From positions 41,666 through 105,665 of the forward strand of contig CAMBUL010000001.1 in assembly GCA_945871065.1 (NCBI GenBank): DNA of 64,000 nucleotides. Direction: 5' to 3'. Origin of the DNA: Chthoniobacter flavus. Lineage in GTDB: Bacteria; Verrucomicrobiota; Verrucomicrobiia; Chthoniobacterales; JACTMZ01. The translations under genes were made by a program, and so were the position numbers. Position 1 is the stretch's first letter, and every line of letters starts with the position of its first letter. Under the pieces are notes generated by a model, which saw only the letters and a list, made by a program, of their open reading frames with translations, did not search any database and was not told the origin of the DNA. Below are positions 18,373 to 27,471 of this stretch, piece by piece.

Positions 18373-18792
18373 CTATTCGACGGGGAAGCCTTCGAGGTTG
18401 GCTGCGTCGCGGAGGCGTTGGTCGGCGGTGAGGAAAGGGAGGTGCTGGGGTTGCTCGCGGCAGAAGATGAGGGCGGCGGCGAGTTGGAAGGCGTCGGCGG
18501 CACGGAGCGGATGGACGCGGAGGAGACGGATGGCGCGGGCGCGGACTTCGGTAGTCGGGGTGACTTCGGTCCATTGCTTGGTCATTTCATGCAAGCGCTT
18601 CCGTGCCGCATGTTCGACGTCCGCTGGCAACTGACCATCGCGTTGGCGGCGGACCAGCGAGGACTCGATTTCCGCGAGGGTACCAAACCACACCACGGCC
18701 CAAGGATCCGCGGCGTATTGCTTTCTTCGCAGGTCGGACGATGCCTCGGTGACGATTAGCGGAACCAAAGCCGAGCTGTCCCAGAAATTCAT
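18373..18792 (-). CDS. vapC: PIN-domain toxin (VapC family)
   Basis: PIN acidic positions in 'FWDSSAL', 'LAEIESSL', 'RAADAFQLAAAL' and 'FLTADQRL'. Confidence 0.8.
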   Translation of the reverse strand: MNFWDSSALVPLIVTEASSDLRRKQYAADPWAVVWFGTLAEIESSLVRRQRDGQLPADVEHAARKRLHEMTKQWTEVTPTTEVRARAIRLLRVHPLRAADAFQLAAALIFCREQPQHLPFLTADQRLRDAANLEGFPVE

Positions 18793-19076
18793 CGATCTTC
18801 GCTGCGTTCTTCGAGGATGGCTTCCGTGAGGCGGGCGTTGCTCTTCGGTAGCGGTAAGTCGAGTACAGCGCGCGCATTGGGTTTACATTTTGGCGGAGTG
18901 ACTAGGCCATCCGCGACAAGTGAGCGAACATGTTCATCCATAAGATCTTGCTCCAGTGGATAGACCACAGCGATGGGCTTGCGGTGGTCGGTGATGATCA
19001 GGGGTTCGCCGGCGATGACGGACTTGAGGCGGGCGGAGAGGTTGTTTTTGAGGTCGGAGACGCTAGCGGTCTTCAT
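18789..19076 (-). CDS. Phd/YefM-family antitoxin
   Basis: 'MKTASVSDLKNNLSARLKSVIAGEPLIITDHRKPIAVVYPLE'. ATGA overlap with vapC. Confidence 0.75.
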   Translation of the reverse strand: MKTASVSDLKNNLSARLKSVIAGEPLIITDHRKPIAVVYPLEQDLMDEHVRSLVADGLVTPPKCKPNARAVLDLPLPKSNARLTEAILEERSEDR

Positions 19077-19079
19077 ATA

Positions 19080-19094
19080 TGGCTAGTATAGCCA
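19080..19094. promoter_or_regulatory. Perfect palindrome TGGCTA-gta-TAGCCA 4 nt upstream of the phd start codon (candidate TA operator)
   Basis: Read directly. Its position fits autoregulated type II TA promoters. Confidence 0.35.
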
Positions 19095-19150
19095 GATTTT
19101 TAATAAACGCAAACGAAGAGACGAAGGTGGTGAGAGGCTGGCCACTGACC

Positions 19151-19723
19151 CTATCGGGCAAAGACGGAATGGCGCTCGTTTTCCGTCAGTTCGCGCCACT
19201 GGCCCGCAGCGAGGTTTGGGGGGAGATGGAACTGACCGATGGCGACGCGGAGGAGTCGGAGGGTCGGGAAGCCGGCGGCGGCAGTCATTTTGCGGACTTG
19301 GCGGTTGCGGCCTTCGCGCAGGGTGAGTTCGATCCAGCTGGTTGGGATGTTCAGACGATGGCGGATGGGTGGATCGCGTGGAGTGAGGTCGGGGTGGATG
19401 GGTGCCACCTCGGCGGGGCGGGTCATGGTTCCTTCGAGGACGATGCCGCGGTGCAGTTTTTGTAGCGCTTCCTCAGTCACCGCCCCTTCCACTTGTGCCT
19501 GGTAAGTGCGGGGGTGGGCGTTTTTCGGGTCGAGGAGTTTGGTGTTAAGTCCGGCTTCGTCGGAGAGGAGAAGAAGGCCTTCGCTGTCGCGATCGAGGCG
19601 TCCGAGCGGGTAAACATTTTCCGGCAACCCGAATTCGGACAGGGTGCGCTGTTCAGGATGGTCCGGCGTGAACTGTGAGAGGACGCCGTAGGGTTTGTTC
19701 AGCGCCAGGAGCACAGTGGACAA
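19151..19723 (-). CDS. rluE: RsuA/RluE-family rRNA pseudouridine synthase (RluE-like, no S4 domain)
   Basis: 'LNKPYGVLSQF' and catalytic 'GRLDRDSEGLLLLSDE'. 190 aa. Confidence 0.75.
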   Translation of the reverse strand: MSTVLLALNKPYGVLSQFTPDHPEQRTLSEFGLPENVYPLGRLDRDSEGLLLLSDEAGLNTKLLDPKNAHPRTYQAQVEGAVTEEALQKLHRGIVLEGTMTRPAEVAPIHPDLTPRDPPIRHRLNIPTSWIELTLREGRNRQVRKMTAAAGFPTLRLLRVAIGQFHLPPNLAAGQWRELTENERHSVFAR

Positions 19724-19819
19724 TCTTCAGTTTTGGCTAGGGCCCGTTTGCCTGAGCGCTATCTACGGTTCGCAGACTCGGTTCCACCGGAAAGATCGAA
19801 CCGAAGCGGATGTCGAAGG

Positions 19820-21064
19820 TCAGAGCAGAAGGAGCGCGGGTTTTTCAACGAGACGTCGGAGGGCATTCATGTATTCCGCCGCGACGGCGCCGTCGACCAC
19901 GCGGTGATCGCCGCTTCCGGAAATGACGAGGCGGTGACCGACCACGAGTTGATCCTGCTCGTTGACCACCGGCTGTTTGATGATGGCGCCGATGCCGAGG
20001 ATGAAGGATTGCGGTGGGTTGATGATGGGCAGGAAGCTGTCGATGCCGTAGCCACCGAGGCTGGAGAGCGTGATTGTTCCGCCCTGGTATTCCTCGGGCT
20101 TGAGTTTTTTGCCGCGGGCTTTGGCCGCGAGCTCCTTCATTTGCGCGCTGATTTCGCGCAGGGTGAGGGTATTGGCTTTTTTGATCACCGGAGTGATTAG
20201 TCCGTCTTCGATCGCCACAGCCACCGCGAGATTCACCTCGGCGTATTCGATGATGGCATCGCCATCGTAAGCCGCGTTGATTTTCGGCACTTCGGCTGCA
20301 GCGCGGGCGGCGGCCAGGAGAATGAAGTCGTTGACCGTTAGTTTTTGTCCCCCGTCCTTTTCTGCCATGGCATTGAGTTCCTTGCGCAGGACCATGAGCG
20401 GTCCGGCGTCCATCGTCACGCTGAGATAGAAATGCGGGATTTGTGTTTTGCTGGCGAGGAGGCGCTCGGCGATGGTTTTGCGCATGCCGGTCAGGGCGAT
20501 GATTTTTTCTTCCCCAGCGATGCCGTGGGCGGCACGAATGGAGGGTGTGGCCGGAGATGCCACTCCCCCACCCCCACCGGCTGGCGCATTTTCGACGTCC
20601 TTCTTGACGATGCGTCCGCCGGGGCCGGTGCCGGCGATAGAGGAAAGATTGACCCCGCGGGTGGCGGCGATTTTGCGGGCGAGAGGAGAGGCTTTGGTCC
20701 GTCCAGTCGTGGCCGGTGCAGCGGCGCGGGGTGCGAGAGCAAGGGGAGTCGTGGCCGCGGGCGCAGAGGTTTTCGGTTTTTCAGCAATCGGAGTGGATTG
20801 CGCTGCGGGGGCGGTGTCGGCCGTTTCGCCGTCGGCGAGGATGAGAGCAATTTTGTCACCGACTTTAATAGTGCCCCCCTCTGCGACGTAAAGTTCGCTC
20901 AATGTTCCTTCGTCGAAGGCCTCCATTTCCATGGTGGCTTTGTCCGTCTCGACTTCGGCCAGAATGTCGCCGACTTCAACCTTGTCACCTTTGTTTTTGA
21001 CCCATTTGACGAGAGTGCCCTCGACCATGGTGTCGCTGAGTTTGGGCATGGTGACGATGGGCAT
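19820..21064 (-). CDS. pdhC: Pyruvate dehydrogenase E2, dihydrolipoamide acetyltransferase
   Basis: Lipoyl 'AEVETDKATMEMEAF', E3-binding 'ASPLARKIAATRGVNLSSIAGTGPGGRIVKKDV' and catalytic 'DHRVVDGA'. Confidence 0.9.
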   Translation of the reverse strand: MPIVTMPKLSDTMVEGTLVKWVKNKGDKVEVGDILAEVETDKATMEMEAFDEGTLSELYVAEGGTIKVGDKIALILADGETADTAPAAQSTPIAEKPKTSAPAATTPLALAPRAAAPATTGRTKASPLARKIAATRGVNLSSIAGTGPGGRIVKKDVENAPAGGGGGVASPATPSIRAAHGIAGEEKIIALTGMRKTIAERLLASKTQIPHFYLSVTMDAGPLMVLRKELNAMAEKDGGQKLTVNDFILLAAARAAAEVPKINAAYDGDAIIEYAEVNLAVAVAIEDGLITPVIKKANTLTLREISAQMKELAAKARGKKLKPEEYQGGTITLSSLGGYGIDSFLPIINPPQSFILGIGAIIKQPVVNEQDQLVVGHRLVISGSGDHRVVDGAVAAEYMNALRRLVEKPALLLL

Positions 21065-21073
21065 GGTGGGAAG

Positions 21074-21115
21074 TGATGAGTGAAAAGTGACGAGTGACGA
21101 GTGACGAGTGGAATG
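21074..21115 (+). repeat. Six tandem heptads TGATGAG TGAAAAG TGACGAG TGACGAG TGACGAG TGGAATG in the pdhB-pdhC spacer
   Basis: Read directly. On the pdh mRNA the tract ends 9 nt upstream of the pdhC AUG. Confidence 0.85.
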
Positions 21116-21139
21116 TCGGCGCGGGCGGGGACCCGCGGA

Positions 21140-22114
21140 TCAGGAGATGGCGAGGACTTTTTGGATGATGCGGTCGGCGGTGGGGAGCTGCAGCGCTTCG
21201 AGCGGGGGGCTGTAGATGGCGGGGGCATCGAGGGAGCAGACACGCTGGACTGGGGCGTCGAGGTCGTCGAAGGCGCGTTCCTGGATCATACTGGCGATCT
21301 GCGCGGAGACGCCGCAGAAGGGTTTGTTTTCGTCGACCAGGACGGCGCGGTGGGTTTTTCGCACGCTGGCCAGGACGGTTTCTTCGTCCAATGGACGGAT
21401 ACTGCGGAGGTCGACGACCTCGGCTGAAATATTGAATTCCTCGTGCAGGCGGTGGGCGGCGGCGAGAGCGGTGAGCACAGCGCGTCCGTGGGCGATAAGG
21501 GAGACGTCGGTGCCTTCCCGTTTGACGTCGGCCACGCCGATGGGGATGAGGTATTCGCCTTCGGGTACTTCACCTTGGTCGCCGTAGAGGAGGGTGTTTT
21601 CCATGACGCAGACCGGATCGTTGTCGCGGATGGCCGATTTCATCAGGCCCTTGGCGTCATAAGGCGTGGCGGGTGAGACGACTTTTAGGCCCGGGGTGTT
21701 GGCCAGGAAATTTTCTGGAGTGTGCGAATGGGTGGCACCGACATTGGTGCCCCCGTTGGCCGGGCCGCGGATGACGAGGGGGCAGTTGATTAGTCCGCCG
21801 GACATGTAGCGCACGCAACCGGCGTTGTTGATGATCTGGTCGTAGGCCACGTAGGCAAAGCTCCAGAACATGAGTTCCATCACCGGACGCATGCCCATCA
21901 TGGCAGCTCCCACTCCGAGGCCGATGAAGCCGGCCTCGCTGATCGGGGTGTCTATGACACGCTTGCCACCGAAGCGTTTCCAGAGACCATCGGTGATTTT
22001 GTAGGCGCCGTTGTATTCGGCGACTTCCTCTCCCATGACAACGACGTTTTCGTCACGCTCGAGTTCTTCGGCTAGTGCGTCGTTGAGGGCTTGGCGGTAG
22101 GTGATGACGGGCAC
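21140..22114 (-). CDS. pdhB: Pyruvate dehydrogenase E1 beta subunit
   Basis: 'ITYRQALNDALAEELERDENVVVMGEEVAEYNGAYKIT' and full-length transketolase-like similarity. GTG start. Confidence 0.92.
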   Translation of the reverse strand: MPVITYRQALNDALAEELERDENVVVMGEEVAEYNGAYKITDGLWKRFGGKRVIDTPISEAGFIGLGVGAAMMGMRPVMELMFWSFAYVAYDQIINNAGCVRYMSGGLINCPLVIRGPANGGTNVGATHSHTPENFLANTPGLKVVSPATPYDAKGLMKSAIRDNDPVCVMENTLLYGDQGEVPEGEYLIPIGVADVKREGTDVSLIAHGRAVLTALAAAHRLHEEFNISAEVVDLRSIRPLDEETVLASVRKTHRAVLVDENKPFCGVSAQIASMIQERAFDDLDAPVQRVCSLDAPAIYSPPLEALQLPTADRIIQKVLAIS

Positions 22115-22125
22115 GGCGGAGAAAA

Positions 22126-22160
22126 GTAAGAAGTGGGAAAGATGAAGGAAGAAGTGCAGG
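22126..22160 (+). repeat. Five purine-rich heptads GTAAGAA GTGGGAA AGATGAA GGAAGAA GTGCAGG in the pdhA-pdhB spacer
   Basis: Read directly. 7-nt periodicity, degenerate. Confidence 0.6.
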
Positions 22161-22165
22161 CGGCT

Positions 22166-23347
22166 TCAGTCGTTGAAGAAGTGACGGCCGGTTTGGCCGG
22201 ACTCGGTCCCCATATCGACTTCATAATAAATGTCGCTGAAGATGTCTTCCACTTCGGGGAACGGGCTGTCTTCGGCGAATTGCACAGCGGCCGCGGCTTC
22301 TTTCTTGGCGGCCTCGTCGATTTTTTTTAGCCCGGCGTCGTCGAGGATCCCCTCCTCTTTCAGGCGGTTTTCCCACAGCGTGATGGGGTCGTGGTTCTGC
22401 TTGTAGAACTCGATCTCTTCCGGCTTGCGGTATTTCTTCGCGTTGGCGTCGGCCACGGAATGTCCGTAGTAGCGGTAGGTGTCGATTTCGAGGACGGTGG
22501 GCCGGCACTTTTCGTGGGCGCGCTCGATGGCGTCCCAAGTTTTGGCCCGGACTTCATAGAGGTCCTCACCATTGACGATGTCCCAATCGATGTTGTAGCC
22601 CTCGGCGCGTTCGGCCAGACAGGATTTGCTCGCGGAGGAACGGGCTAGGCTGGTGCCCATGGAATACTGGTTGTTTTCGATGATGTAGACCACCGGGATG
22701 TCCCAGAGCGAAGCGAGGTTGAGGGACTCGTGGTAGACGCCTTGGTTGACTGCACCATCGCCGAGGTAGGTGAGGCAACAACCCTTGAGGCCCTGGTATT
22801 TGAGGGCGTAGGCAATGCCGAGGCCAAGCGGGGTTTGTCCGGCCACAATTCCGTGGCCGCCCCAGAAATTTTTATCCGGCGCGAAAAAGTGCATCGAGCC
22901 CCCCTTCCCTTTCGAACATCCGGTGGCTTTGCCGAGAAGTTCGGCCATGCACTCGTTCATTGACATGCCGACCACGAGGGCGTGGCCGTGGTCGCGGTAG
23001 GCGGTGATGGCGTGGTCGTTCTCGCCCATCAGCGCGAGGGTGCCGACGGCGACCGATTCTTGTCCGATGTAAAGATGGAGAAAACCGCCCATTTTCCCTT
23101 GCTGGTAAAGCTTGAGGGAGGCCTGCTCGAAGCGTCGGATGCGGAGCATATCGGCGAGGAAGCCGAGCTTTTGCTCCTTGGTCAGGTCGGCGTTGATTGC
23201 GGCCGTGGCGTAGTCGACCGGGTTGCGACCGGTTTTTTTGGGCTTTTCGGCTCGGGTAACACTCACGTTGGGATATCGGGTTCGGTTGGTTACGGGTAGC
23301 GGTCTGACCGCAGATGCGAAGGGCGGAGGGCACCTTGGCAAGAACAA
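22166..23347 (-). CDS. pdhA: Pyruvate dehydrogenase E1 alpha subunit
   Basis: TPP motif 'YLGDGAVNQGVYHESLNLASLWDIPVVYIIENNQYSMGT'. The first ~30-40 codons are uncertain, and a later GTG start is possible. Confidence 0.9.
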   Translation of the reverse strand: MFLPRCPPPFASAVRPLPVTNRTRYPNVSVTRAEKPKKTGRNPVDYATAAINADLTKEQKLGFLADMLRIRRFEQASLKLYQQGKMGGFLHLYIGQESVAVGTLALMGENDHAITAYRDHGHALVVGMSMNECMAELLGKATGCSKGKGGSMHFFAPDKNFWGGHGIVAGQTPLGLGIAYALKYQGLKGCCLTYLGDGAVNQGVYHESLNLASLWDIPVVYIIENNQYSMGTSLARSSASKSCLAERAEGYNIDWDIVNGEDLYEVRAKTWDAIERAHEKCRPTVLEIDTYRYYGHSVADANAKKYRKPEEIEFYKQNHDPITLWENRLKEEGILDDAGLKKIDEAAKKEAAAAVQFAEDSPFPEVEDIFSDIYYEVDMGTESGQTGRHFFND

Positions 23348-23595
23348 GGAATAGTGGAAAATTTCGCGGCTTTTGGCAAACGGAAATGAAGAGGGAAAAA
23401 GAAGGAGGAGACTTGAGTTGGAAGCCTGAGTGGGAGGGTCGTGGAGCGGGAGGAGATGGGGACCGGAGATTTGAAATTTCAGATGGCCGTGGGGCCGCTA
23501 TGACATTCTTTGGCGTCCTTGCTTGCGGCTCGGGTTGGAATTAGGATGCTAAATCTTCTGGATCTAGGTTAAGTCCTTAATCGACAATATTTTAT

Positions 23596-23997
23596 ATGCA
23601 AAATACTGAACAGCAATTAGTTGCACAAGCGATGGAGGTAGCTGGACGCGCTTACGCGCCTTATTCCAAGTTCCTGGTTGGAGCAGTTTTGGTCGGGAAG
23701 GATGGCCGGATTTTTGCCGGGTGCAATGTGGAGAATATCAGCTTTGGACTGACCATCTGCGCGGAGCGCAATGCGGTCTTTGCCGCGGTGGCGGCGGGGT
23801 GTCGGGAGTTCGAGAAGATCGTCATTGTGGCGGACACCGAGGTGCCGGCCTCGCCTTGCGGGGCTTGCCGGCAGGTGCTGGCAGAATTTGATCCTGACCT
23901 CGAGATTGTGTTGGCGAACTTTCGGGGCCAGACGGAGATGTTCCGGCTTTCTCAGCTCCTCCCCCGCCCCACGGCGGGGATTTTGGATCGGAGCTGA
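23596..23997 (+). CDS. cdd: Cytidine deaminase
   Basis: Zinc ligands 'CAERNA' and 'PCGACRQ'. 133 aa. Confidence 0.9.
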   Translation: MQNTEQQLVAQAMEVAGRAYAPYSKFLVGAVLVGKDGRIFAGCNVENISFGLTICAERNAVFAAVAAGCREFEKIVIVADTEVPASPCGACRQVLAEFDPDLEIVLANFRGQTEMFRLSQLLPRPTAGILDRS

Positions 23998-24081
23998 GGG
24001 ATTTATGGAGGGATTATCCGGAGCCTTTGTTGGTCCGCGGACACAAGGTCCGCCGCGCCGCTGCTGGATTCCACGTGGAAC

Positions 24082-26001
24082 ATGACCAGCATGTACGAGT
24101 ATCCGGAGACATTTGACGTTCTCGTCTTGGGTGCGGGGCATGCGGGAGTGGAGGCGGGTCTGGCTGCGGCGCGGTTGGGGGCGCACACCGGGATTTTGAC
24201 CCAGAACTTGGACACTATCGGGCAAATGTCTTGCAATCCGGCTATCGGGGGCCTGGCCAAAGGGCACATGGTGCGGGAGATTGATGCGCTCGGGGGGGTG
24301 ATGGGCCAGAACACGGACGCCACGGGGATCCAGTTCCGGATGCTCAACGCGAGGAAGGGTCCGAGTGTGCAGGCGCCACGGGCCCAGTGCGACAAGAAGG
24401 CCTATCAATTCCGTTTGAAGTGGGTGCTGGAGCACTCCCCTCGCCTTGATTTGCTCCAAGGGAACGCGGTGCGGATTTTGGTTGAGAATGACCGGGTCGT
24501 CGGGGTGGAGACCAACCTCGGACTGCGCTATCGGGCGCGGTCCGTCGTGGTGACCACGGGGACGTTTATGCGGGGACTAATGCACGTCGGGCTGCAGAGC
24601 GCGGTCGGCGGACGGATGGGTGATGCGGTCTCAACTTTGAGTGATTCTTTAAAGGAACTGGGCTTGGCGGTGGAGCGGTTCAAGACGGGGACGCCCTGCC
24701 GGTTGCTGGGGCGGTCGATCGATTTTACCAAATGTCAGCGTCAGGACGGCGACTCCCCTGCCCCGATGTTCAGTTTTTCTCCCGAAGATTGGGCGGCCGA
24801 GAGTGGCCAAGGACCTCACGGCGAGAGCGGAGGAACTCCATTTACCCTCAATCGGTGGGCGGACGGCCAGTTCCACGTGGAACAAATGCCTTGCTGGTTA
24901 ACTTACACCAACGCGCAAACCCATGACTTGATCCGAGCTAACCTCGATAAGTCTCCAATCTACGCGGGAATTATCGAGGGGGTTGGGCCGCGGTATTGTC
25001 CGTCGATCGAGGACAAAGTGGTGCGCTTTGCCGACAAGGAGCGGCATCAGATTTTTCTCGAGCCGGAGGGGCGTCAAACCGGGGAATATTACGTCAACGG
25101 AGTTTCGACCAGTTTGCCCTTTGAGGTGCAGTTGGCCTTTATCCGGTCGGTGCCGGGACTGGAGGCGGCCCACATTTTGCGGGCCGGGTATGCGGTGGAG
25201 TATGATTATTGTCCGCCGACGCAGTTGCATTCGACGCTCGAGACAAAGTTGGTCGAGGGTTTGTATTTCGCGGGGCAAATTAATGGGACCTCCGGGTATG
25301 AGGAGGCGGCAGCCCAGGGCTTGGTCGCGGGGACCAATGCGGCGCGCAAGTTGGACGCCAAGCCCGCGTTCCACGTGGAACGTTCGGAGGGCTACATTGG
25401 GGTCTTGATTGATGATTTGGTCACCCGCGGCACACCGGAGCCTTATCGGATGTTCACCAGCCGGGCGGAGTTCCGCTTGCTCCTGCGGCAGGACAATGCC
25501 GATCTGCGTCTCGCGGCGAAGGCGAGGGGGGCCGGGTTGATTTCACTCGGGCGCGCGGCCAAGACGGAAGCAAAGGCACGCGCGATCGAAGAGCTCAAAG
25601 AAACATTACAAGATATTCGATACGAAGGCATTACACTAAACCAATGGATCCGTCGTCCGGAAAACTTTTTCCGTGCTTTGCCGGCCGATTTGCGGTGCTT
25701 GGCTCCGGAGAATATTTGGGCTCAGGTGGAAACGGATTGTAAATACGAAGGCTACATTCGTCGTGAGTTGGAGTCGGTGGCGCGTCAACGGCGCCAGGAA
25801 GATCAGCCCATGCCGATGGACTTGGATTACGCGAGCATTCCTGGGTTGCGCAACGAGTCGCGTCAGAAACTGGCGCAGGTGCGTCCGTCCACGCTCGGCC
25901 AAGCCTCGCGGATCAGCGGGGTGACACCGGCGGATGTGGGATTGTTGGCGGTTTGGATTCGCAAGCTGCGGGGTGGGGCGGGCAAGGTGGTTGGGGTATG
26001 A
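24082..26001 (+). CDS. mnmG: tRNA uridine 5-carboxymethylaminomethyl modification enzyme MnmG (GidA)
   Basis: '[23 protein letters not shown]' FAD site. Full-length GidA-like through '[14 protein letters not shown]'. Confidence 0.95.
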   Translation: MTSMYEYPETFDVLVLGAGHAGVEAGLAAARLGAHTGILTQNLDTIGQMSCNPAIGGLAKGHMVREIDALGGVMGQNTDATGIQFRMLNARKGPSVQAPRAQCDKKAYQFRLKWVLEHSPRLDLLQGNAVRILVENDRVVGVETNLGLRYRARSVVVTTGTFMRGLMHVGLQSAVGGRMGDAVSTLSDSLKELGLAVERFKTGTPCRLLGRSIDFTKCQRQDGDSPAPMFSFSPEDWAAESGQGPHGESGGTPFTLNRWADGQFHVEQMPCWLTYTNAQTHDLIRANLDKSPIYAGIIEGVGPRYCPSIEDKVVRFADKERHQIFLEPEGRQTGEYYVNGVSTSLPFEVQLAFIRSVPGLEAAHILRAGYAVEYDYCPPTQLHSTLETKLVEGLYFAGQINGTSGYEEAAAQGLVAGTNAARKLDAKPAFHVERSEGYIGVLIDDLVTRGTPEPYRMFTSRAEFRLLLRQDNADLRLAAKARGAGLISLGRAAKTEAKARAIEELKETLQDIRYEGITLNQWIRRPENFFRALPADLRCLAPENIWAQVETDCKYEGYIRRELESVARQRRQEDQPMPMDLDYASIPGLRNESRQKLAQVRPSTLGQASRISGVTPADVGLLAVWIRKLRGGAGKVVGV

Positions 26002-26291
26002 GAGTGCTTGCGGCGATCTTGGCGGTGGGGGTTCTTGTGGGGTGTGGAGAGAGTGTTGTGGTGAAGGAATGGGACCAAGGGGAGTCCTGGGACCAGTGGG
26101 CTCGCGGGGTGAAGGCACGGTTTGCGGTGGGGGATGCGCAGGGGCATGGACCGGATGTGGGAAGCGAGGAGTGGGCGCGGGGTTTGCAGTGGAAGCTGGG
26201 GATTGTCGATGCGGACGGGCATGGGCCGGATCTCGGGTCGGCGGAGTGGCGGGCGGCGGTGGAGGAGAAGATCGGGGGGCTCGGGGAATAG
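25998..26291 (+). CDS. Small lipoprotein with two tandem GHGPD-x-GS-x-EW units
   Basis: ATG 25998 overlaps the mnmG stop (ATGA). Lipobox 'LVGC'. Repeats '[23 protein letters not shown]' and '[23 protein letters not shown]'. Confidence 0.5.
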   Translation: MRVLAAILAVGVLVGCGESVVVKEWDQGESWDQWARGVKARFAVGDAQGHGPDVGSEEWARGLQWKLGIVDADGHGPDLGSAEWRAAVEEKIGGLGE

Positions 26292-26345
26292 GCCGATCAT
26301 TTTTCTTAAGAAATCGGGCGACTCCGCGTTGACTTGTTACAGCCC

Positions 26346-26861
26346 ATGTCCCCGGAGCAAATCATCGTTGGAGCACTTGACCGATACGAGCGGATGCTTG
26401 TCAGCTATGCTCGCGAGATCACCGGCGATCTCGACTCGGCGCGCGATGCGGTGCAGGAGACATTTTTGCGGCTCAGTCGTCAGGACGTCGTTTCTCTCGA
26501 ACCCCGGCTGCGGCCTTGGCTTTTCCTGGTCTGCCGCAACTGCGCTCTCGATCACCGCCGCAAAGTCGTGCGTTTCTCCACCGAACCGGTCGAGGAGGCC
26601 GCCCAGACCAGCGAAGAGATGCCGCCGGATGTCCGGGCGATCGCCGAGGAGGACGCAATCCGTCTGCGCGGACTCGTGTCCGGACTGCCGCGCCAGCAAC
26701 GCGAGTTGATCAAACTGAAATTCGAAGCGGACCTCAGCTACAAAGAAATGGCCGAGGCCTTGAAGACGAGCGTTTCGACGGTCGGCGTGCAGCTTCACGA
26801 GGCGATCAAGACTCTTCGCCGCCAATGGACGCAGGAAAACACCGAGATCCTACCGACATGA
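26346..26861 (+). CDS. ECF-type RNA polymerase sigma factor
   Basis: Region 2 'DAVQETFLRL...RPWLFLVCRNCALDHRR' and region 4 'LPRQQRELIKLKFEADLSYKEMAEALKTSVSTVGVQLHEAIKTLR'. ATG 26346 is preferred over TTG 26334. Confidence 0.85.
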   Translation: MSPEQIIVGALDRYERMLVSYAREITGDLDSARDAVQETFLRLSRQDVVSLEPRLRPWLFLVCRNCALDHRRKVVRFSTEPVEEAAQTSEEMPPDVRAIAEEDAIRLRGLVSGLPRQQRELIKLKFEADLSYKEMAEALKTSVSTVGVQLHEAIKTLRRQWTQENTEILPT

Positions 26862-27469
26862 ACGACCCACGTATTACCGCTTATGCCTTGAATGAAATGC
26901 GCGGCGACGAGCGCGAAAAATTCGAATTTGATCTGGCGGCCGACACGCGGAAGCAGACCGACTTGCAGCAAGCGACCGAAGTGGTCGGGGCCTTGGGTCA
27001 GGTGATGACGCAACCCAGCGAAGGCCTCGAACCGCAGGCGCGGGAAAAGCTTCTGCGCGAAATTGCGCAAAACCAAAAAATGTTTCAACAGCGCCGAAAA
27101 ATTGTCCGCTTCGCCGTGCCGGTCGCGTTGGCCGCCGCCGCTTCCATCGTGGTGCTCCTGTGGGTTTCCGGGGGGAAGACCACGCAAGGGCCTGCGGTGG
27201 CGGCGGCGGATGGGGCGGAAGTTTCCGGGGATGAAAATTTGTCCACCCCGGCCGGTCCGGATTCCGCGGAGTCGACCGTCTCATTGCAGGTCCGTGGGAT
27301 CGACTCTTCGTCTGGGGCGGGTCGCACCATACGGATGAGCGAAAGCGGGCGGGCCGCTTGGGAGATGCGTGCTGACACCAATTTTTCGCTCACGTCGCCT
27401 GCGGTGCGGATGAAGCCCCTTATTTGGGATGAAGAATTGCCGCGATGGGGCGGATTGCATCACGAGTAG
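26858..27469 (+). CDS. Putative anti-sigma factor (single-pass membrane protein)
   Basis: ATGA overlap with the sigma gene. 'MNDPRITAYALNEMRGDEREKFE' N-terminus and TM helix 'VPVALAAAASIVVLLWV'. Confidence 0.6.
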   Translation: MNDPRITAYALNEMRGDEREKFEFDLAADTRKQTDLQQATEVVGALGQVMTQPSEGLEPQAREKLLREIAQNQKMFQQRRKIVRFAVPVALAAAASIVVLLWVSGGKTTQGPAVAAADGAEVSGDENLSTPAGPDSAESTVSLQVRGIDSSSGAGRTIRMSESGRAAWEMRADTNFSLTSPAVRMKPLIWDEELPRWGGLHHE

Positions 27470-27471
27470 TC

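Noticed and set aside
19779-19803. CGGTTC...GAACCG hairpin with a GGTTCGATC-like (T-arm-like) sequence on the minus strand, considered as a tRNA fragment or pdhC terminator
   Set aside because: No acceptor or anticodon arms can be built. The stem is 6 bp with a 13-nt loop and no U-tract, which is too weak to call either feature.
21074-21115. Tandem heptads considered as a CRISPR array or minisatellite
   Set aside because: The units are 7 nt with no spacers, and there are no cas genes. This is a short simple-sequence tract, not a CRISPR array.
23467-23487. AGATTTG AAATTTC AGATGGC near-palindromic/heptad stretch in the pdhA-cdd divergent region
   Set aside because: Only three degenerate units with a different consensus from the TG-N3-AG family. 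It could be a promoter element, but I cannot support a specific call.
26292-26345. Search for an ECF-type autoregulated promoter (GGAAC-N16/17-CGT) upstream of the sigma gene
   Set aside because: Only GAAAT...CGTT with ~12-nt spacing is present, which does not fit the usual geometry.
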